Source: Camelus ferus | Taxonomy: Eukaryota | DNA length: 64,000 nt | Direction of reading: 5' to 3' | Assembly: GCF_009834535.1 (NCBI RefSeq) | Contig: NC_045696.1 | Location: 92,258,001-92,322,000, forward strand | Part shown: positions 1 through 12,942 of the stretch, one piece after another | How positions within the stretch are numbered: the stretch's first letter is position 1 | Layout of the letters: each line of letters opens with the position of its first letter | Translations under genes and position numbers: made by a program | Notes under the pieces: model-generated | Seen by the model: the letters and a program-made list of their open reading frames with translations, nothing else | Databases searched by the model: none | Told to the model about the DNA's origin: nothing

Positions 1-194
1 TCTTGATTCTTCCTCAGTTTTGCTCCTTTAGAGTTAGTAATCGGTGCTCTTGTTTTTGCCTCTGTTTCTTTTCTCTGCTTACTATTATAGTCTATAAATG
101 CCACCTAAGCAACACATGTCATTTCACAGCATCACCCAAGGTGCATCACACTGCAAACAGTTGAAAGACCCAGGTTTTTGTGTGGTTGTCACAA

Positions 195-990
195 CTAGCT
201 AGGTGACCTTGAAGAAATCACTTCCTCCCTTGAGGGGTTCAATTTCTTCATAGTAAAATGGGATATTAATGTCAGTGCTCTTAGAGCAGGCAGATAGCTA
301 GGTATGAGCAGAGAAAGGGGGACATAGGCCAAATGGCAGGAATTGGGCAGAAAGGAGGGGCACGGGCCAAAAGCAGGAAACCCTACATCATGTAAACAAC
401 AGGGGTTCCTGGGCAGAGAAGGAAAAGCAGGAACCTCTGGGCTGATAAGTGGTCACACATTTTGGGGTGACAAGTGACCTGGAGGTGACAAAGAAAGCTG
501 GGAAAAGGCAGGAATCTCCAGTGTCCGAGTATAACCTTTTGCTCATTATGCTCTCATTTCAATAAAATTAGCCTTTCAGACTAGAAGTACCCATCAAGCA
601 CCGAAGCCATGACACTTCTGATCCAGACTAAATAAGGACAAAAATCCCTCTTCTCTTCAGGAAGGTGGAGCTGGGATGAAAATCAGGGAATATGACCCCA
701 AACCCTTCCCTCCCCAATGAATATTCTGCCCATTCATTTTTATGCTCTATGTAACCAACTTACCAAAAAAACTGAGGGCAGCTGCTCACCTGAGCCTGCC
801 CGCTCTCCCCTTGAGAGTGTTCTACCTGTCCCTTAATAAATCCTCACTTTACTTTCTTGACCTCCACATCCCATCTCGGAATTCTTTCTACGACGGGACA
901 AGAACCCAGTCACCCGCAGCAGTGTTGTTCATCCAGCATCACTGTTGTGGGGCTGGAGCATGACAATGTATGTTAACGTGTTCACAGTAA
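195..990 (+). mobile_element. MIR SINE fragment split by an LTR insertion (MIR parts ~195-274 and ~926-990)
   Basis: MIR core 'gtgaccttgaagaaatcactt...aatttcttcatagtaaaatggga' before the LTR, and 'tgttgtggggctggagcatgacaatgtatgttaacgtgttcacagt' after it. Confidence 0.6.
279..921 (+). mobile_element. ERV1-class solo LTR (MER50-like start)
   Basis: Starts T(c)TTAGAGCAGGCAGATAGCTAG, has AATAAA at ~835, ends ...GACAAGAACCCAGTCACCCGCAGCA. Near-identical 4-bp flanks GTGC (275-278) and GTGT (922-925). Internal AAAAGCAGGAA-like repeats. Confidence 0.8.
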
Positions 991-1409
991 ACAAACGTAA
1001 AGCATAATTATTTTGGGTGCTTTCTGACCCTGCTCACCCTCTCACAGACACAGTGCTCAATTTTCCCATATAAGTTAGTTACGTCCACCCGGAAGGAAAC
1101 AATTACATAAAGGTGTATGTGAAAAATATTTTGAACTGCTCAATAGGAGAAAAATAATTTTACTTCTCCCATGAAAATAATTTGCATAAGGAATTGTTCT
1201 TTTGGTAGTTTCTCAAAAACCACAGGATGTACAGCCAGAAGATCTTGCTTTGTGGTCTAAGAGTCTACTGATTTTAAAGGATAAGAATTCAGAGCAACAA
1301 CTGTACAGTAGGAAGAATTAAAAAAAGCCCTACACCAAAACAAAAAAAAGCAAAGACATATATAAGTGAAGAACAGTCTTCCAGGTAGAGCTATTCCATG
1401 CTGAGGAAT

Positions 1410-1740
1410 CAGTGAAGATTTATTGACAGGTTACCATGTTCCAGGCAATGTGCAAGGTCATGGGGATACAGAGAGGAACAAGGCACAGTTCTCTGTCCTC
1501 TGCGTTGTCTGAGGGACACAGGACAACAACCATGTAATCACAGTATGGTGGGCTATGTCCTCCCATGGAGGTCTTTGGGAACACGTAGGGGAGCCTATCT
1601 CAGGCTTGTATTTGCATAACTATGTGGGTGTCATGGGGGAAAAGACCTCGGTAAGGAGTTTCATGTAATTTGAGTATCTTTGAGTGACTCTGAGCGTGAC
1701 AGGGAGGAAGAACTTGGTGCAGAAAACTGTGCAGGGGAAG
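1410..1740 (-). mobile_element. LINE-2 3' fragment
   Basis: 'atttattgacaggttaccatgttccaggcaatgtgcaaggtcatggggatacagagaggaacaagg' is the reverse complement of an L2 3' end. Confidence 0.65.
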
Positions 1741-4204
1741 AAATCTTTCTAACAAGCTCAAATCGGGCAAGGTTATGTCACTGGGCACTTACTGAGCACC
1801 ATCTCGGCACACGAGGCGGGGACACCTTACGACAGTGACTTAGGAAGACGATGATCACTCTGCTCTGGGTTTAGAAGGCCAAATGTCAGCAACTTGAGAA
1901 TTGTCAACCAACACAAACTACAAAGTAGCAAGTACTCAGCGTGGTTCTTTCATTGCCATAGCTGCTTAAACACCCTGGCCAGCTTTTCTGGAGTGAAGTC
2001 TTAGAAGATTTTGCACTGTAAGAAACGTTCAATTACAGACAAACATTGATACCGTGGTGCTACATCCTGCACTGAGGCTTGGTGTTTTTATTTCCTTTAA
2101 CTCTTCCTCTCAATATTTTACCCACTAGAGGGGTAGATGGTTACCAAAGTCAGCTGGTTGTTTTTACAGTGAGAGGCATTTTCTGTGCATGTGCCCCTTC
2201 TAGCCTCTAAGCCCATTGCCTTCACTTGTTCCAAGTGTAGGTCCCTTTGTGAGACCCCCACCAGGCAGAGCACTCTTGACACACACTGATGCTATGCGCT
2301 TTGTAGATGGACAAGATAGGAGAGAATAGCTCCCTCCAGCTCAGGGCATGGAATTCTAACACAGTTTCCGTGATTCCCAATGGCGGACTTGCGTCCAGCC
2401 CGTGGCCATGACTGCACGACACCAAGTGGGGGTGGGGTGACCGTTCAGCCACTCTGATCCATTTAAGCCCCGCTGGATAATAGAAGGCCAAATACTTGGC
2501 TCTTCTGATCTAATGAGTCCAAAATATATCATCCAAAAGCTTGTTTGTGTGGCTCTAACACTGAATATTGGCCAAGTCTACACATCACGCTGGGCTGTGA
2601 CAGATGTCCTGGAATTGTCTCTATCCCACTCATATGGAATTTTCATGACCATTTCATGACCTTGTGTGACACTGTGTATCGAAACAACTTTACATCTTTC
2701 ATTTTATTTCTTAATTCCTCAGCATGAGCACAAGTGAGGCTACATAAAAATTCTGTAAGCACATCAAGTTTCCAATCAGATTGAATTCCTTTCCCATTTG
2801 ATTCAAAACAGATGCATTCGCACTGGCTTCTCTATTTTATGTGTGTCAGATATACCAGAAGGCAGTCTCACTGTGTTCATTTTTAGTTTGTGCTCCTGTT
2901 CAACTCAAAATAAAAGTTCCTCTTTCCCAGGTGAACCTGAGCGGCTCTGCTGCTAATATTAGAAATGAATGACATCAACATGGGGGCGCGGGACACTTAG
3001 CTTTGTCAGTCAAATTTTGGAAATCCTAAATCTTAAGTCAAAGCTTTGGGAAAGAGTTACTGGAGAAGGAATGTAACTTCTTGAGAGGTCACAGGTTGCA
3101 CTTCTCCCTTCTGAAGGCAGGGTTGTCCTCTCAGTGGCTGATCTTGTTTTAAGACAGTGGTTCTTTCCATGGAAGAGGCATTAAACATAATTTCTAGTGG
3201 CATTTTGTGGAGCATCCATCCTGCTCCTTTTATTTTAAGGCAATTGTAGAGTTGTGAGAACTGAAATCAAGTGTCACTTAGGCACAGTATTGAAAGCCAT
3301 TTGATGCTCACAGGTCCTTTACAAATCCAAGATGCTAAAAGCAGATTAGCAGCCTAAGTGCATTGTTCTAAATTGCTTGTTTCTGAATATGTGTATCTTA
3401 GACATTATTCACAATTGTAAACTGCTTGGAAGAGAGGAATAGCTAGCTAAAATAGGTACCTTGCATTTGACCAAGAAAGAAGCACATAGCAGGGGACAAA
3501 ATCCCTTATTTAAAGGTTGACACAACAGAGACAAACTGAAAGCATCTGTAAGGGACTCCGGTGGCCACAGTAGGCTGGCAGAAACAAGTTTGGTTTGACC
3601 TGGTTTTCATGTGCTTGGCTTATTACATCATCTGCTGTGTCTGTCTAGCTGAACATCTTTCTTATCCTCTAAATCTCACTCTGCTGTGTGTGGTGCCTTA
3701 CGTGGAAGCTACTAGTCAAATCTGGGGTATGGAATTTAAAAAAAAAGTACATTTAACTGTTCTTAAAAAATCCAGAGCAGAAGGTATGTTCATTTGTCAG
3801 CCAGCTGGTTTTGATGGTTGTCTGAGAACATGCATTTTGACAGCCAGGAAGGTGACTACAAATGGTAATAACGTTTTCTCATGAGGGCATCATTCATCAC
3901 TGTTGATAGTGAACAATGATTCATTTGGAAACCACCAGGCACATAAATGATTTAGGCTTGCATTTTGATGACAGACATTGATAAGTGACACCATGAAACC
4001 TTCTTTCATTCTTTCCTTTATCTAAGTAGCAGCAAAGCAGAATGAGATTCTTTCAGATTCTTTGATTTACAAGTTCAAGTCATTTGTTATACATTCCACC
4101 TGGGTTCTTTTTCATTTTCGTTGGACATATAAAATGACCTGTTGTTCTGTGTCCTTCCAGAAAAGTGTAGAGAAGTACGGCAACAAGAGACTTGCCTGTA
4201 ATTA

Positions 4205-5465
4205 ATTAATTAGTTCAATAGAGATGTGCTGAGTTTCACCTACATACCAGGCCTTGTATTAGGATGTGGGGATGGGCAGAGTAACAGATAGTTGCTGCTC
4301 CCCTGGAGCTTACATCACAAAAGGGGAAACATGTTAAATAGTCGACTAATGATTTGACTGTTGTGCTAAATAAAAGATCAGTATACCTAAGTGTAAAATT
4401 GCATGTTGGGGAAGCTGACCGGTGCGGATGAGCTTCCCTAGGGATGCAGCATTTAAACCAAGATCCAAAGGAGGAGTAGGAAGTAACTTAATGAAAAGAG
4501 TAGGGATTAGCATTCCAAGCAGAGTGAACAGCATGTGCAAAGGCTCAGAGGCTGGAAGAAGCATGGGTAGTTGAAAACTGAATCAAGTACAGGGCAGGTG
4601 AGTCTGGTGGGGGTGGTAGGAAGTTGGTCAAACTGGGCCTTACTGATTATGTTACCAATTTTGGTCTCAATATGAAGTAGTAATGGAAAATTGCTGAAAA
4701 CCTTCAGCAGGAGAAATGGGCTGAAGGGAGGCAAGAAGAGGAGCTTTGGGGCTATTTTGGCCATGCTGATGAGAAGTGATGGTTTCTTGAGATGGGATTC
4801 AGTGGAGGTAGGAGAATAGGGGAGAGTCCAGGTATTCTCAGTGGGCAAAATCTACAGGACTTGGTGTCTGAATGGGAGGGAGAAAGAGAAAGAGGAGTAA
4901 TGGGCCATTCTCAGGTTTCTGACTTGGGTGGCTGGGTGAAGAGGGGTGCTTTTCACTGCGGTCACATTCAACAAACACAAGTATTTTGAACCTTTGGGCA
5001 CATGGGCAATTGCCCATGAGATATCCACGTTAGCTGCTTGGAGCTCAGAGCAGGGAGAGGGCTTTCTGGGTATCAAGGGTAATGGGCACTGTGGGCCTGG
5101 GTCAACTGCCCAGAGAGGCAGTGTTCAGTTAGAGAAGAGGGTGCCCGGGCCGGCCCTGAGCCGCTCCACCATCATAGACGGCCAACAGGAAGCTACGTTG
5201 GCAAAGGAAGCTGAGAAGGAGGAGGTCAAGATGTAGGAGAGGACCAGAGAGTGACACCATTGAAGCCAGAGGTAGAGTCGGTTTCAACAGGGTGTGAGTG
5301 GCCAGCAGGGTTGAAGGCTGCAGAGGAATCCAGGGTGGGGAGGACAGAGACGCCCTGCACGTTCAGCCCCACAGGGACAGCTGGCGACCTCTGGGCAGTC
5401 ATTTCAGTGGCGCCGTGAGTGGAGGTCAGGCTGGGCAGACTGAGGAGGTGGGTGCAGAAAGTGAT
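4205..5465 (-). mobile_element. LINE-2, ~1.25 kb
   Basis: Typical antisense L2 text, e.g. 'agcattccaagcagagtgaacagcatgtgcaaaggctcagaggc', 'caggtttctgacttgggtggctggg', 'ggcaaaggaagctgagaagga'. Confidence 0.8.
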
Positions 5466-5475
5466 GCTTACCAGC

Positions 5476-5630
5476 ATGTGTGACCTGGGCACATCGTCTT
5501 TTTTAGCCTCTTTCCTCATTCATAAATGGGGATATTAATAGCCCACTGTTTTTTTTTTATTTTGTCAGAGATTGAGAAAATGTAAGTGCAGCCCCAGTCC
5601 CTGGATTCGTCAGTGCTCACTCAATGCTTT
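5476..5630 (+). mobile_element. MIR fragment
   Basis: 'tgtgtgacctgggca...tttcctcattcataaatggggatattaatag'. Confidence 0.65.
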
Positions 5631-6159
5631 TTACTTTCCACCTTTCTTATTTTCTAGGAAAAGTGGTGTCTCAAACGCTAACTCTGGTGGGGCTCTGGTT
5701 CAGGCACAAAGTGGTTAGGAGGCTGCCTCTGTGGCCTTCACGGCCCACTTCCCTGACTCTAGGATCCACTCACTTCATGGATTTGTGCTTAGACATGGCA
5801 AACATTCTGAATCTATTAAATGTGAATTGTGAGTCATTTTGCTGGAATCATTAAGATAGTGGGAAACAGCAGATAAAGATAGACAAGTGAGGCAAAGGAG
5901 GGGGTGGTACTTTGTTGGTAAAGGCAGTTTGGAGAAATTGTGTGGGTCTGAGAAATTTGGAACCTTTCTTCCGTGACCACCAGGAGCAGGGAATGGAGAT
6001 GGAACACAGCTTGTGTGGACGGGGCTATACAGACGCAGGGATGGAGGGGGGATAACGGCTGAGAAGTGCTCACCTGGGCCTACTTCTCACTTAAATAAAA
6101 GTTACGCATTGCTGTTTCTGTCTCAAGTATCTGAGACAGCTGGAAATCAAAACTTAGAG

Positions 6160-6171
6160 TCTGACGTCAGA
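6160..6171. promoter_or_regulatory. Palindromic CRE (TGACGTCA) inside a 12-bp palindrome
   Basis: TCTGACGTCAGA. Motif match only. Confidence 0.3.
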
Positions 6172-6189
6172 AAATTCTAGAACCTTTAT

Positions 6190-6661
6190 CTCAGGGCATA
6201 TAATTCGAGGGTTCATGAACTGCAACGGGACAAAAATATGTTTTTATTTTTCACCAACTTCTAACTGAAATGTAGCTTCTCTTTCAAGTACAAATGTAGG
6301 TAAGAAACCACAGAAGTACTCACATTAACTGTAACTTTGCAACAAAAGGAAATTACAGGTATTTTTCTGTCACATCACGGTAGCCTCAGGAGAGCTCAGA
6401 AAACGATTTGCGCTCACTGTTTACACTCATTCAGCTTTTGGAAACCGTGGTGTTGACTCACTCCTAGAGCGTGTTATTTAATATATTAACAAAGAAATGC
6501 ATGTTTTACTAGTTTGCAAATTTGCATTTTAAATATTTTGAACTGGATTTCCATTTAATCAGACTCCTGTATATTTTATGTTATGTGTTTAAAAGCACTT
6601 TTACTAAGGAGGCTGTAGGCATCCCCAGACTGCCAGAGGGGTCCATGCATCAAGAACCTTG
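6190..6661 (+). mobile_element. hAT-Charlie DNA transposon, Charlie4a-like
   Basis: 'gggttcatgaact...tttttattttcaccaacttctaactgaaatgtagc' and end 'ccagactgccagaggggtccatg...aagaaccttg' match the recalled Charlie4a consensus. Confidence 0.75.
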
Positions 6662-6998
6662 AATGCAGTGAAAAGATGAATGTTTAAAAAATGCCTCTTG
6701 GTACAGGCATCTGCCACAAAGCAACAAGAGCTTAAAAGCATCTTTTTTAGACTGGGAGGGAGGGCAACCCTTGAAAAGTTTTGAAAGCAAAATTAAATAT
6801 GCCATACCCCACAGCTACTACTTAAAATTTGCATAATAAAGTTGATAGTGTCAGTGTTTAGTATCCCTTCTTACTTGCTTATTTTTAGTGGATAAAAACC
6901 TATTTCGAAGGCCCTTACTGAATTTACTTAAAACTCAAGCTGGCTGCTGGGGTTATTTCTTTATGGGTATAAATCCTTGACCTTAAAGTCTCTGGTTA

Positions 6999-7326
6999 CA
7001 GGGCTTCTCAAGGGCCTCATCCACCCGCCTGCAGCCAGGAAGACTGCCGAGCCTGCCCCCGGGGTATGGGAGGCAGAAGAGGATTTGCCGTCCCCAGGGT
7101 TCTGGGACTTTAGCCTCATGCACAATATTTCTTTCATAAAAATTTACACTTGTTTATTCACTTCATATTTCATTCCATATTATACTTGTGTTTATTTTAA
7201 TATAAAATAGTGCTTCCTTCCCAAATCTTCCAGCAAGTTTGTTGTCTCAGAGATGTGTCATGTTGGTCCCGTGGCTTTACTGGGTACCCCTTGGCCCCCT
7301 CTGCTGCCCCAGTTTGAGATGCCTGG
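6999..7326. mobile_element. hAT-Charlie-like MITE
   Basis: Imperfect terminal inverted repeats CAGGGCTTCTCAA ... TTGAGATGCCTG around an AT-rich core. Confidence 0.45.
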
Positions 7327-8049
7327 CTATAAACCATTATCAGTCATTTACACTTTAGTGTGAAGAAGTGTCAGATCTTCTTCTTATACAAGTTTGGAGG
7401 GATTAGAAAGAACAATCAAGAAAGAAAGCACTAAACCTCTGAGAGAGGTGGTGGGAGGTGAAGGAAGCGGGCCCCCAAAAGGGAGAACACGCTTTGCCCC
7501 CTTCCAAATTTTGTCCAGGATTACATCTCTCTTCAAGACAATTATCACACTTTCCTATGTAAATACCATACATGTACTTGCCAGTTTCAACACTAAGAAT
7601 CTAAAGATGTCAAAGCCTTCTTCACCCCAGGGTGATGATTTACTTTCAAAGAAGTTCCACAAGGTGAAGCAGAGGTGAAGTCTTCTCCAGCACTCACTTC
7701 GTAATGAGAGCTGTGTCTGTTTCTACTGTAATGAGCTGTGCAGTTTTCAAAGGCAAAATAAAACAAACAAAAGTATCTGAGGCAGGTCTCATGCGCCACA
7801 TCTTCCCAATTCGGTTTACTGTGTGTGAATGCCTTGCTTTCACTTTAGAAAGCAAAGCCAGCAATGAGACTGGAGACTGAGGCATGAGCCTGACCAAGGG
7901 GCATGATGACATTTAAATATTCACTAAATCAGAAGTAAAGGCTTCCAGCCATCATGAATTAGTTTGCCTTTCACTTTCCTTGACAGAGGAACAGAAAATG
8001 AATGCCTATTTTCTCTGTGCCCCATCCTTTACTCCTGCTGTCAGAATGC

Positions 8050-8190
8050 CGCACATCACAGCACATGTTATACTCATTGTGTACACGGACTGAGATCTGG
8101 GAGGGCGGGGACTGTGTCTAATGCATCTGTTTATTCCCAACATCTAACAAAGTCCTGGGCCCATGGTAGGTGTTCAGTGATGCTCATAGT
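8050..8190 (+). mobile_element. LINE-2 3' end
   Basis: 'gagggcggggactgtgtct...tcccaacatctaacaaagtcctgggcccatggtaggtgttcagt'. Confidence 0.65.
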
Positions 8191-8292
8191 AGGTGCTCTG
8201 ATGCCATCACTTTACTGTGAATAAAGACTGCATTGTCACTCACTTGTCCCAATTTGCCGGCTAGGGAGGCCCTGCCGTTTACTGGGAAACAC

Positions 8293-8520
8293 TGGGCAGC
8301 ACAGTGCAGTGACGAAGTACAATATAGCACAGAAGTCCCTGTACAACTTCCTATCACTGAAGCCTTGGGAAGTTACCCAACCTTCCCTGCCCCATCTGTT
8401 TCTGGGGATAATAATAGAAACCACCTCATAGGGTTGTTGTGAGGGTTAAATGTGAGGATGGAAGCATTTAAGATGATGCTTGGCACGTGGTAAATCCTCC
8501 CCAAGTGCAAGCTGTTATCA
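8293..8520 (+). mobile_element. MIR
   Basis: 'ccttgggaagttacccaacc...ataataatagaaaccacctcatagggttgttgtgagggttaaatg...cttggcacgtggtaa'. Confidence 0.8.
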
Positions 8521-9274
8521 GACAGACATACATTTGAATCCAAGCTCTGCTCATGGTGGCCACGGGCATCTCATTTCTTCTCCTACAGGCTCCCTCTTCT
8601 GGACAGTGAGTTCCTATGCCCTCCCTGAGTGGAGGGACACAGTAAACACTGTGGCCTTTCACTCTTCTTTCAACCAGCGGAGGTGTTGGGGCCCCTTCTA
8701 TTTCACAAGAGGCTGGAGCTTGGGAACCTGCTCAGTAGGATGCCTTCTACCCCGACCCATCCTCTTCCTCCTCTCCCTCTGCCCCTTAGGTTAACTGTGG
8801 TCACTGTTCCACTGCGAGGGCCAGTCCCAGCCCTCTGGTATTTACAGTCTCAGAGCCTAGAGCTGGGGTAAAGGGAGAGTCATGACCAAGGTCTACTTCT
8901 ATGTTCTGATTCGTTGGTTCCAGTCAGTCCACCAGTGGGTCACCCCATCTGAATCCACATTGTACATTTCAAATTCAGAATATCAGTCTGTGGCTCCCTG
9001 TCTACCCCCTCCAAAAAAAGCAACATATTTTAACCCCTACAGATCTGTCTCCTCCCTCCCTTTGGCCTCCACAACCAATCAATGAGCAAAACCTGAAGGG
9101 CCCCTTCCACCCCATCCCTCACCTCCCTCCTCCCTTCTTCACGGCCAGACCAGGTCAGACCCTTGTATTAATGGCTTCCCACCTGCTCTTCTGCCCTGGA
9201 GTCTCTCCTGTTCTTTCTTTCTTTACTGCTGATTAGCTTTATACCTTCTTATTTGTATGTAGTAACTATTGCTC

Positions 9275-10900
9275 ATGTGGCTACAGTAATCGAAGCCATG
9301 TGGTATTATCAAAAGGAATGAAGCACATACAAATAGACTAGCACAGATAGTAAACAGAACAGAAGAGACCAGAAATAGCCCCACACAAATGCAGTCAACT
9401 GATTTTTGCCAAAAGTGGAGAAACAATTCAATGGAGAAAGGATAGTCTTTTCAAGAAATGGTGTTGGAACAAATGGAATGATTTTCCACATGTAAAAAAA
9501 AATGAACCTTGATACAAACCTCTCACCTTACGCTAAAATTAACTCAAAATGGTTCACAGACTGAAATGCAAGGTGTAAAACTAGGAAAGTTCTAGAAAAA
9601 AAAATATAAGAGACAATCTGTGAGATTATAGGTTAGGCAAAAGTTTTAGGTAGAGTACCAAAAGGATGATCCATTAAAAAACTGAAAAACTAGTCTTCAT
9701 AAAAATTTAAAACCTTTGATCTGTGAAAGACAGTGTTAGGAGAATGAAAAAACAAGCTACAGACCCTTAGAAAATATCTGCAAAACCCCAATACAAAGGT
9801 GGCCTGTGTCCGATCGAAAGTATTGAACAGACATTTCACCAAAGAAGATATGTGGGTAGCAATTAAGCAGATGAAAAAATGCTCAACATCATTAGGCATT
9901 AGGGAAACATAAATTAAACCCATAATGAGATACCACTACACACTTACCAGAGTGTACGAGATAAAACCAAAATCAAACCCAAACATAATGCCAAATGCTG
10001 GCAAAGATGCAGAACAAATGGAGACTCATACATTGCTGATGGAAATGCAAAATGATACAGCCCACTTTGGAAAAGAGCTTAACAGTTTCTTGTAAATTTA
10101 AACACACTCATACCACAAGACTCAGTGATTCCACTTCTAGACATTTACCCAAGTGAGTCGAAAACTTACGTTTACACAAACAACTGTAGCAAATGTTCAT
10201 AGCTACTTTATTCATCATCCACTGAAAACTAGAAACCACCCAGACGCCTGTCAACTGATGAAGGGGTAAACACATTAAGGTATATTCATACAGCGGAGTA
10301 CTACTCAACAAGAAAAATAAACTTGACTCATGATGCATGCAATAATATCAGTGCAATTAAACTCAGTTTGCTAAGTCAAAGGACTACATGTTGTATGAGG
10401 CCACTTATATGACATTCTGGGAAAGATTATAAGGGCAGAGAAAGATGAGTAATTGCCCAGGTTGGTGGTGGGTGGAGAGGGTGACCACAAAGCGGCAACA
10501 TGAGGGAGCCTTGGGGGTTACGGAATTACTCTGCATGACTGTGCATTTGTCAAAACCTATACAACTGTACAAACACAAAAAGTAAATTTTATTCTATACA
10601 AATAAAAATAATTCTACCGGGATGTCAGGGGAACCCAAGAAGAGATGCACACTCTGAACTAGAAGTCCAGCTGTATCACAAATGAATGACACACCACACG
10701 GAAGGGGTGGGGAAAAAAGGACCTGACTTAACTTTGGAAAAGTCCTTTGACTAGATACTGTAAGGCTAAGGACAAAAAGAACTGTACATGAACACTATTC
10801 TCTAGTTGGCAAATTCATTTCTCATAGGGGTATAAGTTAGCAATTTTGAAACTAAGGTTGACTACTCAGGTTGACAAATAAGAAATATAGTGAGTGAACA
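9275..10900 (+). mobile_element. Old LINE-1 (end of ORF2 plus L1MC3/4-like 3'UTR), degenerate
   Basis: ORF2 3' motifs ('caactgatttttgccaaa', 'agacatttcaccaaagaagata', 'ccactttggaaaa') followed by an L1MC-type 3'UTR ('ggggtggggaaaaaaggacctgacttaactttggaaa', 'aagaactgtacatgaacactattctctagttgg'). Confidence 0.85.
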
Positions 10901-12299
10901 CTAGATCCAGAAATTAATAGAAACAGAAGAAAACTGAGGAACCTCTGAAGCCAACATCCTTTTATCGTTTAGTCTCACTTTACCTGTAAACAATCTCACG
11001 TTGCCAGAATACTGGTTTTTGTTTGTTTCTTCTTTGCTTTTCTGTTTTCCTAATTCAACAGATGTTTAGTTAGTAGCTACTAAGATGCATTCGGAGCTCG
11101 TAACTGGTTTTGAGGTTACTGAATGCTCTTGCTTTCCAGAAGAATAACAAACCAAAAACCGACCTGAGAACTAGTGGAAACTGAATGCAGTCGGCCTGTG
11201 ACTTTACTTTGAGCCCTGTTATAAATGGTTATGGATGGTCAGGGTGGAATGCTGGTTTTAATTTTCATTCCCCAACCTCAACACTGGCCTTTTTATTCTT
11301 GATATCTTAGTTTGTGATGTCTCAAAAGTAAGGAAACTGCCTCTCATTCTGCAGTGACAGAGAGAAGTCGTGCTGGCTGGAGGGCAGAGAACTGGGCCTC
11401 TCGTGGTGGCTGGAATATTCACCTACAGCATGAGAATGGCTCTCCTCCATGCGGAGGTCCCTCTGAGCCCATTCTTTCTGATTGTATCTGACACAAAGGG
11501 AAAGCTCTTCCTATAGATCCAGGGAATGAGGAAGGGATGGAAGTCCACACTCTTATGAAATAGCACGGCATCAAGAGAATATATTCTTTAGGAACTTAAG
11601 ACAAACATTTTATTGAAATTCTATTCAAAATGAAATCAAAGCTCCCTCTTGAGCTTGGGCTTGGGCAAATTTTTACTAATGTATATACTTTAAAAAAATT
11701 GATTTCAGGTCTTTTTAACTAATCACCACATGGCAACTAGAGAATCCTGTGAAATAACTCTGTTTTATGCTTTTGTGCATTAGCTCAGCCTAGGAAATTA
11801 ATTAATTTCAGTTGGTTAAAATCACTAGCCGTACTTCATTCAAGTCGACTGACTTCTCTGGTTGTTCTAAGCAAGATTTATCGTCGGAATTCACAGGCTA
11901 GCACCCGATATTGATGGCAGAGTGGCTGGGGATGTGACAATTCTTTGATGTGGCCCCAAAGAAGACAATTTCTAACTCTAGTATCATCATCATAGGATGA
12001 GAGGGAAAATCATGACGGGAAGTAGGTATCGTCTATACACAGTGGTGGCCAAATAGCTGGTTATTTTAGTAAAAACTCCAATGCAGCCTAACTTTTGGAC
12101 AGTATGATACCAAACTGGACGACTGAGTAAAGCTCTGAATCCACTTTGAATCTACCAGGATGTTTAACATCTACAACACACGTGTTTGACTTTTAAAATG
12201 GAAAAGTACAGGCAATCATAGTATATTTTTTGTTTATTTTTCACTTATCGAGTAAACATAAACACACTTGATTTTCCCTGTACCTGAACTCAACTTCTT

Positions 12300-12515
12300 A
12301 ATAATAGCAACGATTTATAAAGCACCTACCACATGCCAGCATCGTTCCATGGGCTTTTACACATAATTCTTGCATATAAAGACACATCATCTTTCCAAGT
12401 AGTCACTCCTGTGCCCATTTCACCCTCGAGGAAGTGGAGGCGAGAGCGCAGGGTTCCACAGATTTAGCACGTGGCAGAACAAGGAGCAGAACTCTGTCCG
12501 CGCCTGAAGTGTGTG
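12300..12515 (-). mobile_element. MIR
   Basis: 'ataatagcaacgatttataaagcacctaccacatgccagc...cccatttcaccctcgaggaagtggaggc'. Confidence 0.7.
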
Positions 12516-12930
12516 CACCCTCCTCTGCCCCACTCTGCCTTCATGAGGTCTGCCCGTCTGAAATGACCCTCTGTTAGCACTTCCCTAGAGAGACAGGCCG
12601 GAATGCTGTCCCTGCCTGGGGCAGGCCGTTTTTGGAGGCCTAGAGAGAGAGAAAATGAGTTTCTGTGGCTTTTGTGAGGCATCCACACCCTCTCCTGGCG
12701 CCTCTGTGTCTGATCTGGGCCCCTCAACCTCCCACAGTCTCTGTGATTGATGCCCTGGCAGCGGTGGGAGTGGGTGAACTGCCATTCATCCTGCGCCTGT
12801 CCTGATCAGCCTTCAGACTGAAACAACAGGGGAAGAAAATAGGCGAAGGAAATGCACGACTCATCCTGCTTCAAAATTCAACAGAACGGATTTCATCCTG
12901 TTCTTTGCTCTTTTGAAAAGAGAAAAAAAG

Positions 12931-12942
12931 TGACGTCATTGG
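12931..12942. promoter_or_regulatory. Full CRE overlapping an inverted CCAAT box
   Basis: TGACGTCATTGG. Motif match only. Confidence 0.35.

Noticed and set aside
3250..3280. Partial matches to mature miRNAs (miR-146-like TGAGAACTGAA here, miR-30-like at ~19202, miR-21-like at ~63201)
   Set aside because: Matches stop after 9-11 nt and no precursor hairpin is evident.
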